From: Blastocatellia bacterium
Lineage (GTDB): Bacteria; Acidobacteriota; Blastocatellia; UBA7656
Reading direction: 5' to 3'
NCBI GenBank assembly: GCA_963765495.1
Contig: CAVXWP010000009.1
Location: forward strand, 352,001-416,000
DNA: 64,000 nt
Shown: piece by piece, positions 22,281 through 32,934 of the stretch
Layout: each line of letters opens with the position of its first letter
Position numbering within the stretch: the first letter of the stretch is position 1
Translations under genes and position numbers: made by a program
The notes under the pieces: model-generated
What the model was told of the DNA's origin: nothing
The model's database searches: none
What the model saw: the letters and a program-made list of their open reading frames with translations, nothing else

Positions 22281-24707
22281 CTACTCATAGCGCAGCGCAA
22301 CCATCGGGTCTACCTTCGTGGCTCGCCGGGCCGGGATGAAACTGGCTCCCAGAGCCACTCCTATCAGAATCACAGAAATCAGGATAAATATGCTCGGGTC
22401 GGTCGCGCTCACTCCGAAGAGCAGGCTCTCCATCAGACGGGTCAATGCGAATGCGCCAACAAGCCCCGCGCCGACACCGATGACGGTAAGCAGGACGGCC
22501 TGCCCTACGACAAGGCGGAGCACATCGCCTGATCTGGCACCAAGCGCCACGCGGATTCCTATTTCGTGTGTTCGCTGCGTGACCGCATAAGAGATAACGC
22601 CATAGATTCCGACCGCCGCAAGGATCATCGCTAGCGATGAGAATACCGCAAGCAGAAACATTGTGAAGCGCGGCGCGGCAATCGATGTGGAGAGCAATTC
22701 TTCCATAGTCTGAACGTCTGAGACAGCCAGATTCGGATCAAGCGACTGAACCTGACTGCGCACGGCAGAGGCAAGATTCAGCGGATTTGAGGAGGCACGC
22801 ACGGTCAGGGTCATCGCCTTTGAGGGAACCTGCCCGTGGGAAAAATACATCGTAGGGCGCGCATCCACATCCAGCCCGAATTGCTTAACGTCTTCGACTA
22901 CGCCTACGATTTCGCGCCAGGTCGGCTTTTCAGGATCGCCCGTCCCGAGTCGTTTCCCGACCGGGTCTTCATCGGGCCAGAACCGGTTGGCCATGCTCTG
23001 GCTGATGATGACCGCCACCGGAGAGCTTGCATTATCTCGCTCTGTAAAGAACCGCCCGCGTACCAGCCGCATACCTATCGCGCGAAGGTAATCGGGCGTG
23101 ACGACCGAGTACCACGCGGCAGGCTCATTCCCCGGCTGCGGGAGTGGGCGTCCTTCGACTATGAAATTCGCATCCGTGTCGTTACCTATGAGAGGAAGCG
23201 AAGAGGCGGCCCCGGCGCTCTCGACACCGGGCAGGGCCTTGACCTTTTCCAGAAGCTCGGCGTAGAAGACAGCCGCCTGCTGGCGTTCCGGGTATCGAGT
23301 AGCCGGAAGCGCAACGTTCACGGTAAGCACATTCTCGGGATTGAATCCGGGGTCTACGCTTCTCAGCTTGATGAAGCTCTTTATCAACAACCCGGCACCG
23401 ACCAGCAGAATCAAAGCCAGCGCCACTTCCGCCACTACGAGCAGGCTGCGTATGCGTCCACCTGATGCGCCGCTGCTTGCCCCCTTCCCTTCCTTGAGCG
23501 TGCTGTTGAGATCAGGCTTCGTAGTCTGCAAGGCGGGGGCGAGGCCGAATATAAATCCCGTGAGCAGCGTCATCGCCACGGTAAAGCCGAGCACCGTTGA
23601 ATCCATTCGTATCTCGTTTACGCGAGGAGTACCGGCAGGAGCAAAGGCCACGAGCAGATCGACCATCCAGAAGGCCAGAAGCAAGCCGAGCGCGCCGCCT
23701 ACGATTGCAAGCAACAGGCTTTCGGTGAGGAGTTGACGCACGAGGCGCGAACGCCGAGCGCCGAGCGCCGAACGGATAGCTATCTCTTTTCCTCGCGCCG
23801 TGGCTCGGGCTAACAGGAGGTTCGCCACATTCGCGCAGGCAATCAGCAGGACAAGCCCGACCGAGGCGAGCAGAATCAGCAGCGCCGGTTTGAGGTTGCC
23901 CACTATCTGTTCCTGCAATGGCACAAGCGTGATCGCCTCGCCCATGCCGGATTCCGGGTACTGGGCAGCAAGGCGGGCGGCGAGGCCGTTCATTTCCGAC
24001 GCTGCGCCCTCAAGCGTGGTATCGGGCTTCATACGCGCAATGACCCGGAGGACATAGCAGCCGCGCCCGCATCGGTCGGGAAAAGTGGGTCGAAGCGGCC
24101 TCCATATCTCCGCTTTGGCAAAATCGAGTATTGGGAATTTAAACCCGGCGGGCAAGACGCCTATCACCGTGTAGCTCTCTCCGCTGAGCGTGAGCGGCTT
24201 GCCCAAGATTGAGGGGTCCGCGCCAAAGCGGTTTTGCCATAAGCTGTGACTGAGGATCACGACCGGGGAACTGCCGGGCTGATCATCTTCCGGGAGGAAG
24301 TTGCGACCCACGACAGGCTCGGTTCCCAGCAGCGAGAACATGTCGTAGGAAACCGACCCACCGTTTAGCTGCTCAGGTTCGTTTATGCCTGTCAGCGTAG
24401 GCCCCCAGTTAATCATCGCGGCCATCGAATCGAACAACCGGTTCTGGTCCTTCCAATCTGAAAAGGTGGGAAGACAGGTCCATTCCTGAGCGGGACCGCC
24501 GCGCGATTGTTGATCTTCCCACACCATGACGAGTCGATCGGGATTCTTGTAAGGGAGCGAGTTAAACAGCAATGCGTTTACCACGCTGAAGATGGCCGAA
24601 TTTGCTCCTATCCCGAGAGCCAGCGCAATCACGGCTATAAATGTAAAGCCGGGGCTTTTGAGCAGTGTCCGAACACCATATCGAAGGTCTTGCAAGAGAG
24701 TATCCAT
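22281..24707 (-). CDS. ADOP-family ABC permease
   Basis: 808 aa; family motifs. Confidence 0.95.
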   Translation of the reverse strand: MDTLLQDLRYGVRTLLKSPGFTFIAVIALALGIGANSAIFSVVNALLFNSLPYKNPDRLVMVWEDQQSRGGPAQEWTCLPTFSDWKDQNRLFDSMAAMINWGPTLTGINEPEQLNGGSVSYDMFSLLGTEPVVGRNFLPEDDQPGSSPVVILSHSLWQNRFGADPSILGKPLTLSGESYTVIGVLPAGFKFPILDFAKAEIWRPLRPTFPDRCGRGCYVLRVIARMKPDTTLEGAASEMNGLAARLAAQYPESGMGEAITLVPLQEQIVGNLKPALLILLASVGLVLLIACANVANLLLARATARGKEIAIRSALGARRSRLVRQLLTESLLLAIVGGALGLLLAFWMVDLLVAFAPAGTPRVNEIRMDSTVLGFTVAMTLLTGFIFGLAPALQTTKPDLNSTLKEGKGASSGASGGRIRSLLVVAEVALALILLVGAGLLIKSFIKLRSVDPGFNPENVLTVNVALPATRYPERQQAAVFYAELLEKVKALPGVESAGAASSLPLIGNDTDANFIVEGRPLPQPGNEPAAWYSVVTPDYLRAIGMRLVRGRFFTERDNASSPVAVIISQSMANRFWPDEDPVGKRLGTGDPEKPTWREIVGVVEDVKQFGLDVDARPTMYFSHGQVPSKAMTLTVRASSNPLNLASAVRSQVQSLDPNLAVSDVQTMEELLSTSIAAPRFTMFLLAVFSSLAMILAAVGIYGVISYAVTQRTHEIGIRVALGARSGDVLRLVVGQAVLLTVIGVGAGLVGAFALTRLMESLLFGVSATDPSIFILISVILIGVALGASFIPARRATKVDPMVALRYE

Positions 24708-24735
24708 GAGGTTCTCCGAAATCTAAGATTTGAAA

Positions 24736-24830
24736 TGATCCGTGATGCGTGATGCGTGATTTTAAGGGAGCCTGCCTGTTAAAGATAACGTGCAAGGCAG
24801 GTAAATCACGCATCACGCATCGCGCATCGC
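24736..24830. repeat. Inverted-heptamer hairpin, GTGATGC family
   Basis: Core contains GAGCCTGCCTGTTAAAGA, similar to the core at about 30040. Confidence 0.85.
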
Positions 24831-27265
24831 TATTCGTACCTGAGCGCTTCCATCGGGTCTACTGCGGCAGCGCGACGAGCCGGAATATAGCTGGCCAGCA
24901 ACGATACGCAGCCCATCAGGATCGAGATGCCGATAAACATCAACGGGTCGGTTGCGCTCACCCCGAAGAGCAGGCTCCCCATCAAGCGCGTAAGAGCAAT
25001 GGAGGCTGCGACCCCCGCGCCTACGCCAAAGGAGACGAGCGTAATAGCCTGCCCGACGACCATCTTCAGCACGTCGGATGTCTTTGCGCCGAGCGCCATA
25101 CGTATTCCTATTTCGTGAGTGCGACGGCTCACCGAATAAGAGATAACGCCATAAATGCCTATTGCCGCAAGCAGCATCGCTACCAGGGCAAAAAAGCCTA
25201 CCAGCATCAATGTAAAGCGCGGTCTGGAAACCGAGGCGGCGGCGATGTCATCAAGAGTCCTCACATCGGCTATAGGAAGGTCTTTGTCCAGAGCAAGCAC
25301 CTCGCGCCGAACGGCTTCGACAAGACTGAGCGGGGAAGTATCCGTCCGCAAAGCCAGTATCATCTCGCTATAAGGAGCCTGGGCGTGCGGCCAATAGAAT
25401 GCCGGTTCGGCAGAGGCCGCACCCGGCGTGTCTTTTACGTCGCCAACTACGCCTGCGACGGTGAGCCAATCTTCTTCTTTCGGGTTATCGTTAAAGGTTA
25501 TGCGTTTGCCTACCGCATTCTCTCCCGGCCAGTAGCGATTTGCCATGCTCTCATTTATCAGAATGACCGACGGGGCATCCGCCTTGTCCGAACCTGTAAG
25601 GAAACGACCCGCAACGAGCGGCACTCCTATGGTCTGAAAGTATTCCGGGCTGACGAAATGGTAACGGGCGTGGGGTCCATTTTCGGGGTCGCTCACCTTT
25701 CCTTCCACCGTAAAGGATGTGTTCTCGTCGTATCCATCCCACGGCAGGTCCGACGTGATGGCTGCCGAGCGCACCGCAGGCAGCGCCTTTACGCGATCAA
25801 TGAGGCTCTGGTAAAACTCCACCCGCTTATCGCCTTTTTCATACCGCGCGCGCGGCAGAGGTATGCTCATCGTGAGCACATTCTGAGGATTGAATCCCGG
25901 CTCTACCCTTTCGAGATTTAGGAAGCTCTGCATCAGCAACCCTGCGCCGATCAATAGCACAAAGGCGAGCGATACTTCGGTTATGACGAGCAGGCTGCGC
26001 AATCTGCGCTGACGAGGCCCGCCAAACGTACCTCGTCCTCCTTCTTTCAGCAACTCATTTATGTTCACCTTTGAGCCTTGAAAGGCCGGAACCAGACCAA
26101 ACAACAATCCGGTCAGAAAAGTAAGCCCAACGGCAAACATGAGGATGCGGCTGTCAACCCCGATCATGTGCGCCCGGGGGAGTGTCTCGGAGCTTAGCGT
26201 AAGCAGAAGATCAATCATCCACATGGCAAGCAGCAGGCCGAGCAAACCTCCGAGCGTGGCAATCAGAAAGCTTTCGGTCAGCATCTGCCGGACCAGTCGA
26301 AAACGCCCTGCGCCGAGCGCCGTGCGAACGGCCATCTCTCTTTCACGGGCGGTGGCGCGAGCGAGCATTAGATTTGCGACATTTGTGCAGGCAATCAAGA
26401 GCACAAAACAGACGGCCCCAAGCAACACAAACAGCGCAGGGCGCGCCCCACCAACGATCTCTTCGCGCAATCCCTTTACCATTATTCGCCAGTCCTTGTT
26501 CGAGTCGGGGTATTGCTGTTCGAGGCCAGCAGCTATCAGGTTCATCTCCGTTTCGGCCTGCTGTTGGCTGATGCCCGGTTTGAGACGGGCCACGACATTC
26601 AGATAGTGAGAGCCTCGTTGCGCTTGCTGCGGATTCAGGATAAATGGAACCCAGACGGCCACGGTCTCTCCGTGCGAAAGCGATCTGTAGGTGCCTCCGA
26701 CATGCTGAAATCCTGCGGGCATGACGCCGACCACAACATAGGGATTGCCGGACAGCGTAATTGTCTTTCCGACGATTTCAGGGTCTGACGCAAAACTGCG
26801 CTGCCAGAGGGCGTGGCTGAGCATCGCTACCTTTTCTTTGCCCGGGAGCTCCTCTTCGCGCAAAAACGGGCGGCCAAGCTCGGGCTGATAGCCTAGAAGT
26901 TCGAAATAACCTGATGATATTAACAGGCAGGGCAGGAGTTCGGGTTTGTCGCCGAGAGAGAGTTCCAAATCCTGCCGTGTATAAACCGCCAGGCCATCGA
27001 ATACGTTGTTTCGTTCCCTGTAATCGAGAAAATTAGCAGGCGACATAGGGAACTTGGGATATTGCGGGTATTGCTCAAAGACCCTCACCAATCGATCAGG
27101 CTCTTTGTAAGGAAGCGGCTTGAGCAGTATGCCGTTGACCACACTGAAGATAGCCGTATTCGCACCAATCCCGATGGCAAGCGTCAGCACGGCCACAACC
27201 GTAAAGCCGGGATTCTTTAATGTCATCCGAAAACCATAGCGTGCGTCCTGCCAGAGTCTTTCCAT
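24830..27265 (-). CDS. ADOP-family ABC permease
   Basis: 811 aa; family motifs. Confidence 0.95.
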   Translation of the reverse strand: MERLWQDARYGFRMTLKNPGFTVVAVLTLAIGIGANTAIFSVVNGILLKPLPYKEPDRLVRVFEQYPQYPKFPMSPANFLDYRERNNVFDGLAVYTRQDLELSLGDKPELLPCLLISSGYFELLGYQPELGRPFLREEELPGKEKVAMLSHALWQRSFASDPEIVGKTITLSGNPYVVVGVMPAGFQHVGGTYRSLSHGETVAVWVPFILNPQQAQRGSHYLNVVARLKPGISQQQAETEMNLIAAGLEQQYPDSNKDWRIMVKGLREEIVGGARPALFVLLGAVCFVLLIACTNVANLMLARATAREREMAVRTALGAGRFRLVRQMLTESFLIATLGGLLGLLLAMWMIDLLLTLSSETLPRAHMIGVDSRILMFAVGLTFLTGLLFGLVPAFQGSKVNINELLKEGGRGTFGGPRQRRLRSLLVITEVSLAFVLLIGAGLLMQSFLNLERVEPGFNPQNVLTMSIPLPRARYEKGDKRVEFYQSLIDRVKALPAVRSAAITSDLPWDGYDENTSFTVEGKVSDPENGPHARYHFVSPEYFQTIGVPLVAGRFLTGSDKADAPSVILINESMANRYWPGENAVGKRITFNDNPKEEDWLTVAGVVGDVKDTPGAASAEPAFYWPHAQAPYSEMILALRTDTSPLSLVEAVRREVLALDKDLPIADVRTLDDIAAASVSRPRFTLMLVGFFALVAMLLAAIGIYGVISYSVSRRTHEIGIRMALGAKTSDVLKMVVGQAITLVSFGVGAGVAASIALTRLMGSLLFGVSATDPLMFIGISILMGCVSLLASYIPARRAAAVDPMEALRYE

Positions 27266-27282
27266 GTCTCCTCCTTCGATAG

Positions 27283-27391
27283 GTTTTGAGTTTTGAGTTT
27301 TGAGTTTTGAATTTTGAATGGGTGGTTCCCGACTCCAGCACTTTTACCTCCAACTCAAAACTCAAAACTCAAAACTCAAAACTCAAAACTC
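27283..27391. repeat. Inverted-heptamer hairpin (TTTTGAG family); core allele 2, orientation B
   Basis: 27319-27354 matches the reverse complement of 19641-19676 at 35/36 positions. Confidence 0.95.
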
Positions 27392-27399
27392 ACCCCTCC

Positions 27400-29775
27400 C
27401 TACTCATAGCGCAGCGCAACCATCGGGTCCACCTTCGTGGCTCGTCTGGCCGGGATGAAACTGGCTCCCAGAGCCACTCCCAGCAGAGTCAGTGAAATAG
27501 CGATAAAGGTCACAGGATCGGTAGCGCTCACGCCGAAAAGCATGTTTTCCATCAAACGAGTCAAAAGCAGCGCGCCCACGATTCCTATGCCGATGCCGAT
27601 CAGCGAAAGCGTCAACCCCTGCCCGATCACTTGCTTCAATACGGCTCGGGGCTGCGCGCCAAGCGCAATGCGAATGCCTATTTCATGGGTGCGTTGCGTG
27701 ACCGCATAAGAGATCACGCCGTATATCCCTACTGCCGCGAGCAGCAGCGCAAGCCCTGCAAATATTGTGAGCAGAAGGGCATTGAATCTGGGCTGCGAGA
27801 CCGACTGCGAAACCAGTTGTTGCATTGGCTTTATGCCGGAGGCGGTCAATTCAGGGTTGACCGATGCGACGGCTTTTTGAACCGCCGCCGAAACGCTCAT
27901 CGGCTCGCCTTTTGTCTGCACCATCACGTATTCCCAGAGAAACGGGGTCTGGGCAAACGGCGTGTAGACGGCCGCCTCGCCCGGATCATCCAACCCCGAA
28001 TACCTTACATCCGCAACCACTCCGACGATCTCTCGCCAGTCCGGTTTCTGCTCGGGGTTGACGAGTTTGAGGCGGTGGCCTAAAGCGTCCCCTTGCGGGA
28101 AGAGGTTGCGGGCGAGACTTCGATTGATGATCGCAACTCGTGGAGAGGTTTCACCGTCGCGCTCGTCAAATTCCCTTCCATTTATGAGAGGGGTTCCGAG
28201 TGCGCGGAAGTAATTTGGAGTGGCGGCTATAAAATAAGCCGTATCCGCGCCGGGGCCGAGTGTCGGAAGTCCCTCGATTTCATACCCGGTGGCGCGTTGG
28301 GCCGTCAGCGGCGGAAGAGCCGTTCCCCCGCCGGCAACTTCTACGCCGGGAACCTTGCTGATTTGTTCTACGACCTGCGCAGCCAGCGCGGCCCTCTGCT
28401 GTGGCTCTTTGAAACCGACCAGCCCGACGTTCATAGTCAGCAGGTTTTCAGACGTGAATCCGGTGTCTACATTCAAGAGACGAGAAAAACTCTTTATCAA
28501 AAGGCCCGCTCCGATCAGCACAACGACCGACAGCGCTACTTCGGTGACAACGAGCGCGCTTCTCAATCGTCGTCCGCGAGCGCCGCTTGTGCCGCCTCGC
28601 CCGCCCTCCTTCAAAGACTCGTTCAGGTTTATTCGCGCGGCCTGAAACATCGGCGCGAGCCCAAAGACAAACCCGGTCAACAGGGCAGCGCCCAGGGTGA
28701 AAGCAAGAACCGGCAGGTCTATTTTGATGGAATCGGCTCGCGGGATGTCCGCCGCGCCAAGCGCGGGCAGAATATCGACCAGCCAGAAGGCCAGCAACAA
28801 TCCGAGCGCGCCGCCGATGGCTGCAAGCAGCAGGCTTTCGGTGAGCAGTTGTCGCGCGACTCGCCATCGCCCCGCGCCGAGCGCCGTGCGTATTGCGATC
28901 TCACGTTCGCGCGCAGCCGTGCGAGCCAGCAACAGATTCGCTACGTTGGCGCAGGCTATCAAGAGAATGAAACCGACTGCGCCGAGCAGGACCCAGAGCG
29001 CGGGTCGAACGTCTCCTACCAGACGGTCATAAAGAGAGGCGAACTCTATCCTCACGCCCGCATTTGTATCCGGGTATCGTTGTTCGAGCAGGGCCGAGAT
29101 GCGGTCAACATCGGCTTGAGCCTGCTCGACAGATACGCCCGGTTTCAGGTGCCCGACAGCCCGAAAGATGCGAAGCTGGCGATTGAGCATCTGCGGAGGC
29201 GTTTCAGCCATCGCCGATCCAAACGTTACCCACAACTCAAAATCCGAACTCGGGAATTGGAACTCGCCAGGCATGACGCCAACTATCGTGTGGGGCCGCC
29301 CGCTGAGCTTTATGGTCGTGCCTAAAACGTTTGGGTCCGAGCCGTAGAGTCGTTTCCAGAGTTTGTAGCTCAACACCACGAGCGGCACCTTGTCATCTTC
29401 TTCGGTGAAGGTGCGACCGAGCGCCGCATCCCCGAGCAGGGGAAAGAATTCGGGCGAAACGATAGCGCCGCGTATCTGTTCCCCCTGCTCACCGTCGGTC
29501 AGGTTGTAGAGATTAGAGGCGAAGACGGCCGTCTGGTCGAATACCTGATTCCCTTCCCTGATGTCGGTGAGGTCGGGCAGAGACAATCCGCCAATGACCA
29601 GCCTGTCGGCATCCTTATAAGGAAGCGGACGTAACAAAACGGCATTCACAACGCTGAAGATCGCCGTGTTGGCCCCTATGCCGAGAGCGAGCGTCAGAAC
29701 AGCTATCGCGGTAAAACCCGGCCTCTTGATAAGCATTCTCAGCCCGTGGCGCGCATCCTGCCAGAATATTTCCAT
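27400..29775 (-). CDS. ADOP-family ABC permease
   Basis: 791 aa; family motifs. Confidence 0.95.
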   Translation of the reverse strand: MEIFWQDARHGLRMLIKRPGFTAIAVLTLALGIGANTAIFSVVNAVLLRPLPYKDADRLVIGGLSLPDLTDIREGNQVFDQTAVFASNLYNLTDGEQGEQIRGAIVSPEFFPLLGDAALGRTFTEEDDKVPLVVLSYKLWKRLYGSDPNVLGTTIKLSGRPHTIVGVMPGEFQFPSSDFELWVTFGSAMAETPPQMLNRQLRIFRAVGHLKPGVSVEQAQADVDRISALLEQRYPDTNAGVRIEFASLYDRLVGDVRPALWVLLGAVGFILLIACANVANLLLARTAAREREIAIRTALGAGRWRVARQLLTESLLLAAIGGALGLLLAFWLVDILPALGAADIPRADSIKIDLPVLAFTLGAALLTGFVFGLAPMFQAARINLNESLKEGGRGGTSGARGRRLRSALVVTEVALSVVVLIGAGLLIKSFSRLLNVDTGFTSENLLTMNVGLVGFKEPQQRAALAAQVVEQISKVPGVEVAGGGTALPPLTAQRATGYEIEGLPTLGPGADTAYFIAATPNYFRALGTPLINGREFDERDGETSPRVAIINRSLARNLFPQGDALGHRLKLVNPEQKPDWREIVGVVADVRYSGLDDPGEAAVYTPFAQTPFLWEYVMVQTKGEPMSVSAAVQKAVASVNPELTASGIKPMQQLVSQSVSQPRFNALLLTIFAGLALLLAAVGIYGVISYAVTQRTHEIGIRIALGAQPRAVLKQVIGQGLTLSLIGIGIGIVGALLLTRLMENMLFGVSATDPVTFIAISLTLLGVALGASFIPARRATKVDPMVALRYE

Positions 29776-29861
29776 TATGGTTTCCTCGAAATGTGCCTGC
29801 CCAAAAGCGTAGGTGCGAAGATCAAAGAATCAGTTCGCAAATACAATTCGAACCTGAATAA

Positions 29862-29985
29862 CCAAACGGCGTGCCATCTTTTACAAGCCGGGTCAAACAT
29901 TGAAACAAATCAATTTTGCGGGGATCAAGATCGGGCCAAAGCGTCGAGGTGTACGCTTGTGGGAATCGGCGTTCCCATAATCGGA
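29862..29985 (-). promoter_or_regulatory. Putative sigma54 promoter with upstream activator site, copy 2
   Basis: Identical 15-mer TGGCACGCCGTTTGG (29862-29876); GGTGTACGCTTGTGGGAA at 29948-29965; spacing matches copy 1. Confidence 0.65.
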
Positions 29986-30013
29986 GAGAGAAAGTCTAAT
30001 TTGAGACCTGAAA

Positions 30014-30100
30014 TGATGCGTGATGCGTGATTTTACAAGAGCCTGCCGGTTAAAGACAAAGCGCAAGCATGTAAAATCACGCATCACGCATCACGCATCA
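30014..30100. repeat. Inverted-heptamer hairpin, GTGATGC family
   Basis: Core contains GAGCCTGCCGGTTAAAGA. Confidence 0.85.
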
Positions 30101-32620
30101 TTATTCGTACCTGAGCGCAACCATCGGGTCTATCTTTGTCGCGCGCCGGGCAGGGATGTAACCCGCCAGCGCGGCAACGACGGTCAAAAGCGTAGTTGCC
30201 AGAAGGATGGTCAAGGGATCGGCAGGACTCATCCCGAAAAGCTGGCTTTCGATCACACGCGCCGCTAGAAGAGCTACCGGAACACCGATGGCGATCCCCG
30301 CGAGAACAAGCAGAAGAGTCTCGCGCAAAACCATCCACAGGATGTTACCCTGCTGCGCGCCTAAAGCCATGCGGATGCCGATCTCATTTGTCCGGCGAGC
30401 TACGGCCTGAGCCATCACTCCATACAGACCTATGCTTGCAAGCACCAGCGCCAGCAGTCCAAAGAAGCTTACGAGTTGTGCGACCAACCGCTCCTGCCTG
30501 AATGACTGCTCGATCTGATCGCTTAAAGAGGTTATACCCTCGACCGGCAGCTTGTCGTCTATTTGAGCAATGATCGAACGAACCTCGGAAGCCAGTTGAA
30601 GAGGGTCGCCCGATGTTCGAATCTCCAGATTGCTTGAGTAAGCAGACCCGTCCTGCACCTGTAGAATCGGGCGATAAGCGGTGCGATCAGGTTTTTCCTT
30701 CGCGCTGCCGTACTTTGCGTCTCTGATGACGCCCACGATTTCAATAGAGTTACCCTTGTCAGGATCGTCGCCAAATCTGAACCGCTGCCCCACGGGATTC
30801 TGGCCGTTAAAAAAGTGATCGGCGAACGCTTCATTGACAACAGCAACCTGGGGGGATGCGGGTGTGTCCTGCGGCCCGATTTCACGGCCCAGCCGCACGG
30901 GAAGGCCAAGCGTCTCGGCGTATCTCGGCCCGACCAGCATATCGCGCACGACCATATCTTCATCAGGTTGAGGTGCATACCCCTGAATGGAAATGTTACT
31001 GCTCCTGTTGGTTCCGCTCATCGGGCTGAAAGTGGCCAGGGTGGCCGATTGCACGCCCGGCAGCCCGCCTACCCGATCAAGTATCTGCCGGTAGAGCGTC
31101 TCGAGTTCGGCAGGCTTGTAGCCGGCCGCGCGCGAGTCAAGGTCCAGCAGCAGAACATTGTCGCGGTTGAATCCGAGGTCTTCCCGCTCAAGCGCCATCA
31201 GGCTCCGCGAAAACAATCCCGCGCCTACGAGCAGGACGAGCGACAAAGCTACCTGAGATACGACAAGCATCGGAGCCAGCCCAAACCTGCTCCGCCCCCC
31301 TCCGACGCGGGCCGATTTGTCTTTGAGCCCGCCTGAGATGTCGGCCCGACTCGCGCGCAACGCGGGCGCAATCCCAAATACCAGGCCAGCCAGTAACGAA
31401 ATAATCAGAGTGAATCCGAGCACCAGCCAATCGGGGCTGACATCTATCGGAGAGGTCCTGGCGACAAGGGCCACAAGCACGCTTACGCCCCACTGCGCGA
31501 GCAGAATCCCTGCGATTCCGCCCAGAATCGCCAGCAGCACGCTCTCCGTGAGCAATTGTCTGACAAGTCGCGCACGACTCGCACCCAGCGCCAGCCGGAT
31601 CAGAATTTCCATCTGCCTCGCCGACGCCCTTGCAAGCAGGAGGTTTCCGACATTCGCGCAGGCGATCAGTAACACAAGTCCGACGATTGCCATGAGCATG
31701 TGCAGCGGCTGCGAGTAGTAGTACCTGAGACCGGAAATCCCCTGTGCCCCCGATAAGAGGCTGATATATGAATTCTCGATTGATTTGAGTCGATCTTCGG
31801 AAGGAGTGGCTCCGGCCTGCTCGACCAGAAATTGATGAAGCGCCACGTTTGCCTGCGCCTGCGCCTGTTCAATGCCGACTCCCGGTTTCAGCCTGCCCAT
31901 CATATTCAGCCAGTACATATCCTGCTTTGTAAGCGCAGACTCCTGTAACTCGATCTGCGGTTGAAATGCGAGAGGCATCCAGAAATCGGGCGAACGTCTG
32001 ACTCGCTCACCGAAAAACTCGGGCGGGGCGACGCCTACGACGGTAAACGGTGTTCCGTTCAACGCCATGCTTTTGCCCACAATCGAAGGGTCGCTGTTCA
32101 GGGTCTGTTTCCAGTAGTTGTAGCTGATCACCGCCGCAGGCCGCGCAGTAGGCGTGTCGTCTTCGCTCGCGATCGTCCGTCCCATGACCGCGCTTACGCC
32201 AAGCACCTCGAAATAATTGCCCGAGACGAGGTGTCCCCGCGCCCGTTCGGGTGCCCCGCCCGATTGCCCTACTTCCCGGCGAACGCTCAAATGGGCTTCG
32301 CCGCTTCGGAACGCGCACAACCCTTGAAATGATTCGTTGTGATCGCGGAAATACTCATAGACCGGATAAGAAAACATGCTCCACTCGCCCGTCGGGGGAT
32401 CTCCTGTTGAGGTGCCTTCGCCATTTCCGTCCGAGAACAAAACGAGTTGCTCGGGATTTTGAACCGGGAGGGATTTGAGCATAACGGCGTTTATCATGGT
32501 GAAGATCGAAGTATTTGCGCCGATGCCGAGCGCGAGCGTAAAGACTGCGATCACTGTAAAGCCGGGATTTTTCCTCAACATCCTTGCCGCAAAACGCACA
32601 TCCTGCAAAAAGTCTCCCAT
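30101..32620 (-). CDS. ADOP-family ABC permease
   Basis: True start MGDFLQDVRF after AAGGAGG; the ORF-track extension crosses a repeat. Confidence 0.92.
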   Translation of the reverse strand: MGDFLQDVRFAARMLRKNPGFTVIAVFTLALGIGANTSIFTMINAVMLKSLPVQNPEQLVLFSDGNGEGTSTGDPPTGEWSMFSYPVYEYFRDHNESFQGLCAFRSGEAHLSVRREVGQSGGAPERARGHLVSGNYFEVLGVSAVMGRTIASEDDTPTARPAAVISYNYWKQTLNSDPSIVGKSMALNGTPFTVVGVAPPEFFGERVRRSPDFWMPLAFQPQIELQESALTKQDMYWLNMMGRLKPGVGIEQAQAQANVALHQFLVEQAGATPSEDRLKSIENSYISLLSGAQGISGLRYYYSQPLHMLMAIVGLVLLIACANVGNLLLARASARQMEILIRLALGASRARLVRQLLTESVLLAILGGIAGILLAQWGVSVLVALVARTSPIDVSPDWLVLGFTLIISLLAGLVFGIAPALRASRADISGGLKDKSARVGGGRSRFGLAPMLVVSQVALSLVLLVGAGLFSRSLMALEREDLGFNRDNVLLLDLDSRAAGYKPAELETLYRQILDRVGGLPGVQSATLATFSPMSGTNRSSNISIQGYAPQPDEDMVVRDMLVGPRYAETLGLPVRLGREIGPQDTPASPQVAVVNEAFADHFFNGQNPVGQRFRFGDDPDKGNSIEIVGVIRDAKYGSAKEKPDRTAYRPILQVQDGSAYSSNLEIRTSGDPLQLASEVRSIIAQIDDKLPVEGITSLSDQIEQSFRQERLVAQLVSFFGLLALVLASIGLYGVMAQAVARRTNEIGIRMALGAQQGNILWMVLRETLLLVLAGIAIGVPVALLAARVIESQLFGMSPADPLTILLATTLLTVVAALAGYIPARRATKIDPMVALRYE

Positions 32621-32752
32621 CATTTTCCTCCTTCCGTTACCACGATCACGCGATGTTTGATGCGCCGTAATTCCTCCGACAATAAATCGCCTCAACTCAA
32701 CAACGCAAGCCCCGCGCGTGAGGTTCCTTTTTCTGTCGCGCCTCCAATAACG

Positions 32753-32920
32753 CCAAAATATAGAATTGGAAAACAGGAATAGGCCACCGATTCGACGGAT
32801 CGGGCGGATCAACACGGATTTGACCATATCAAGTTCAAATCCGCGTAAATCCGTCGAATCCGTCAAATCCGTGACCTATTGTCACCGACCTTTCGAGCGA
32901 CTGGATTGTAATTTTCAAAC
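32753..32920. repeat. Degenerate MITE-like copy with nested 9-mer hairpin
   Basis: CCAAAATATAGAATTGGAAAACAGGAATAGGCC resembles 36090-36123; ACGGAT/ATCCGT arms lie between AATAGG and CCTATT. Confidence 0.6.
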
Positions 32921-32934
32921 CATCTGATTATGAC

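Noticed and set aside
19457-22469. Diversity-generating retroelement template/variable repeat pair
   Set aside because: The five coding differences are synonymous and not adenine-specific, and no reverse transcriptase is present in the window.
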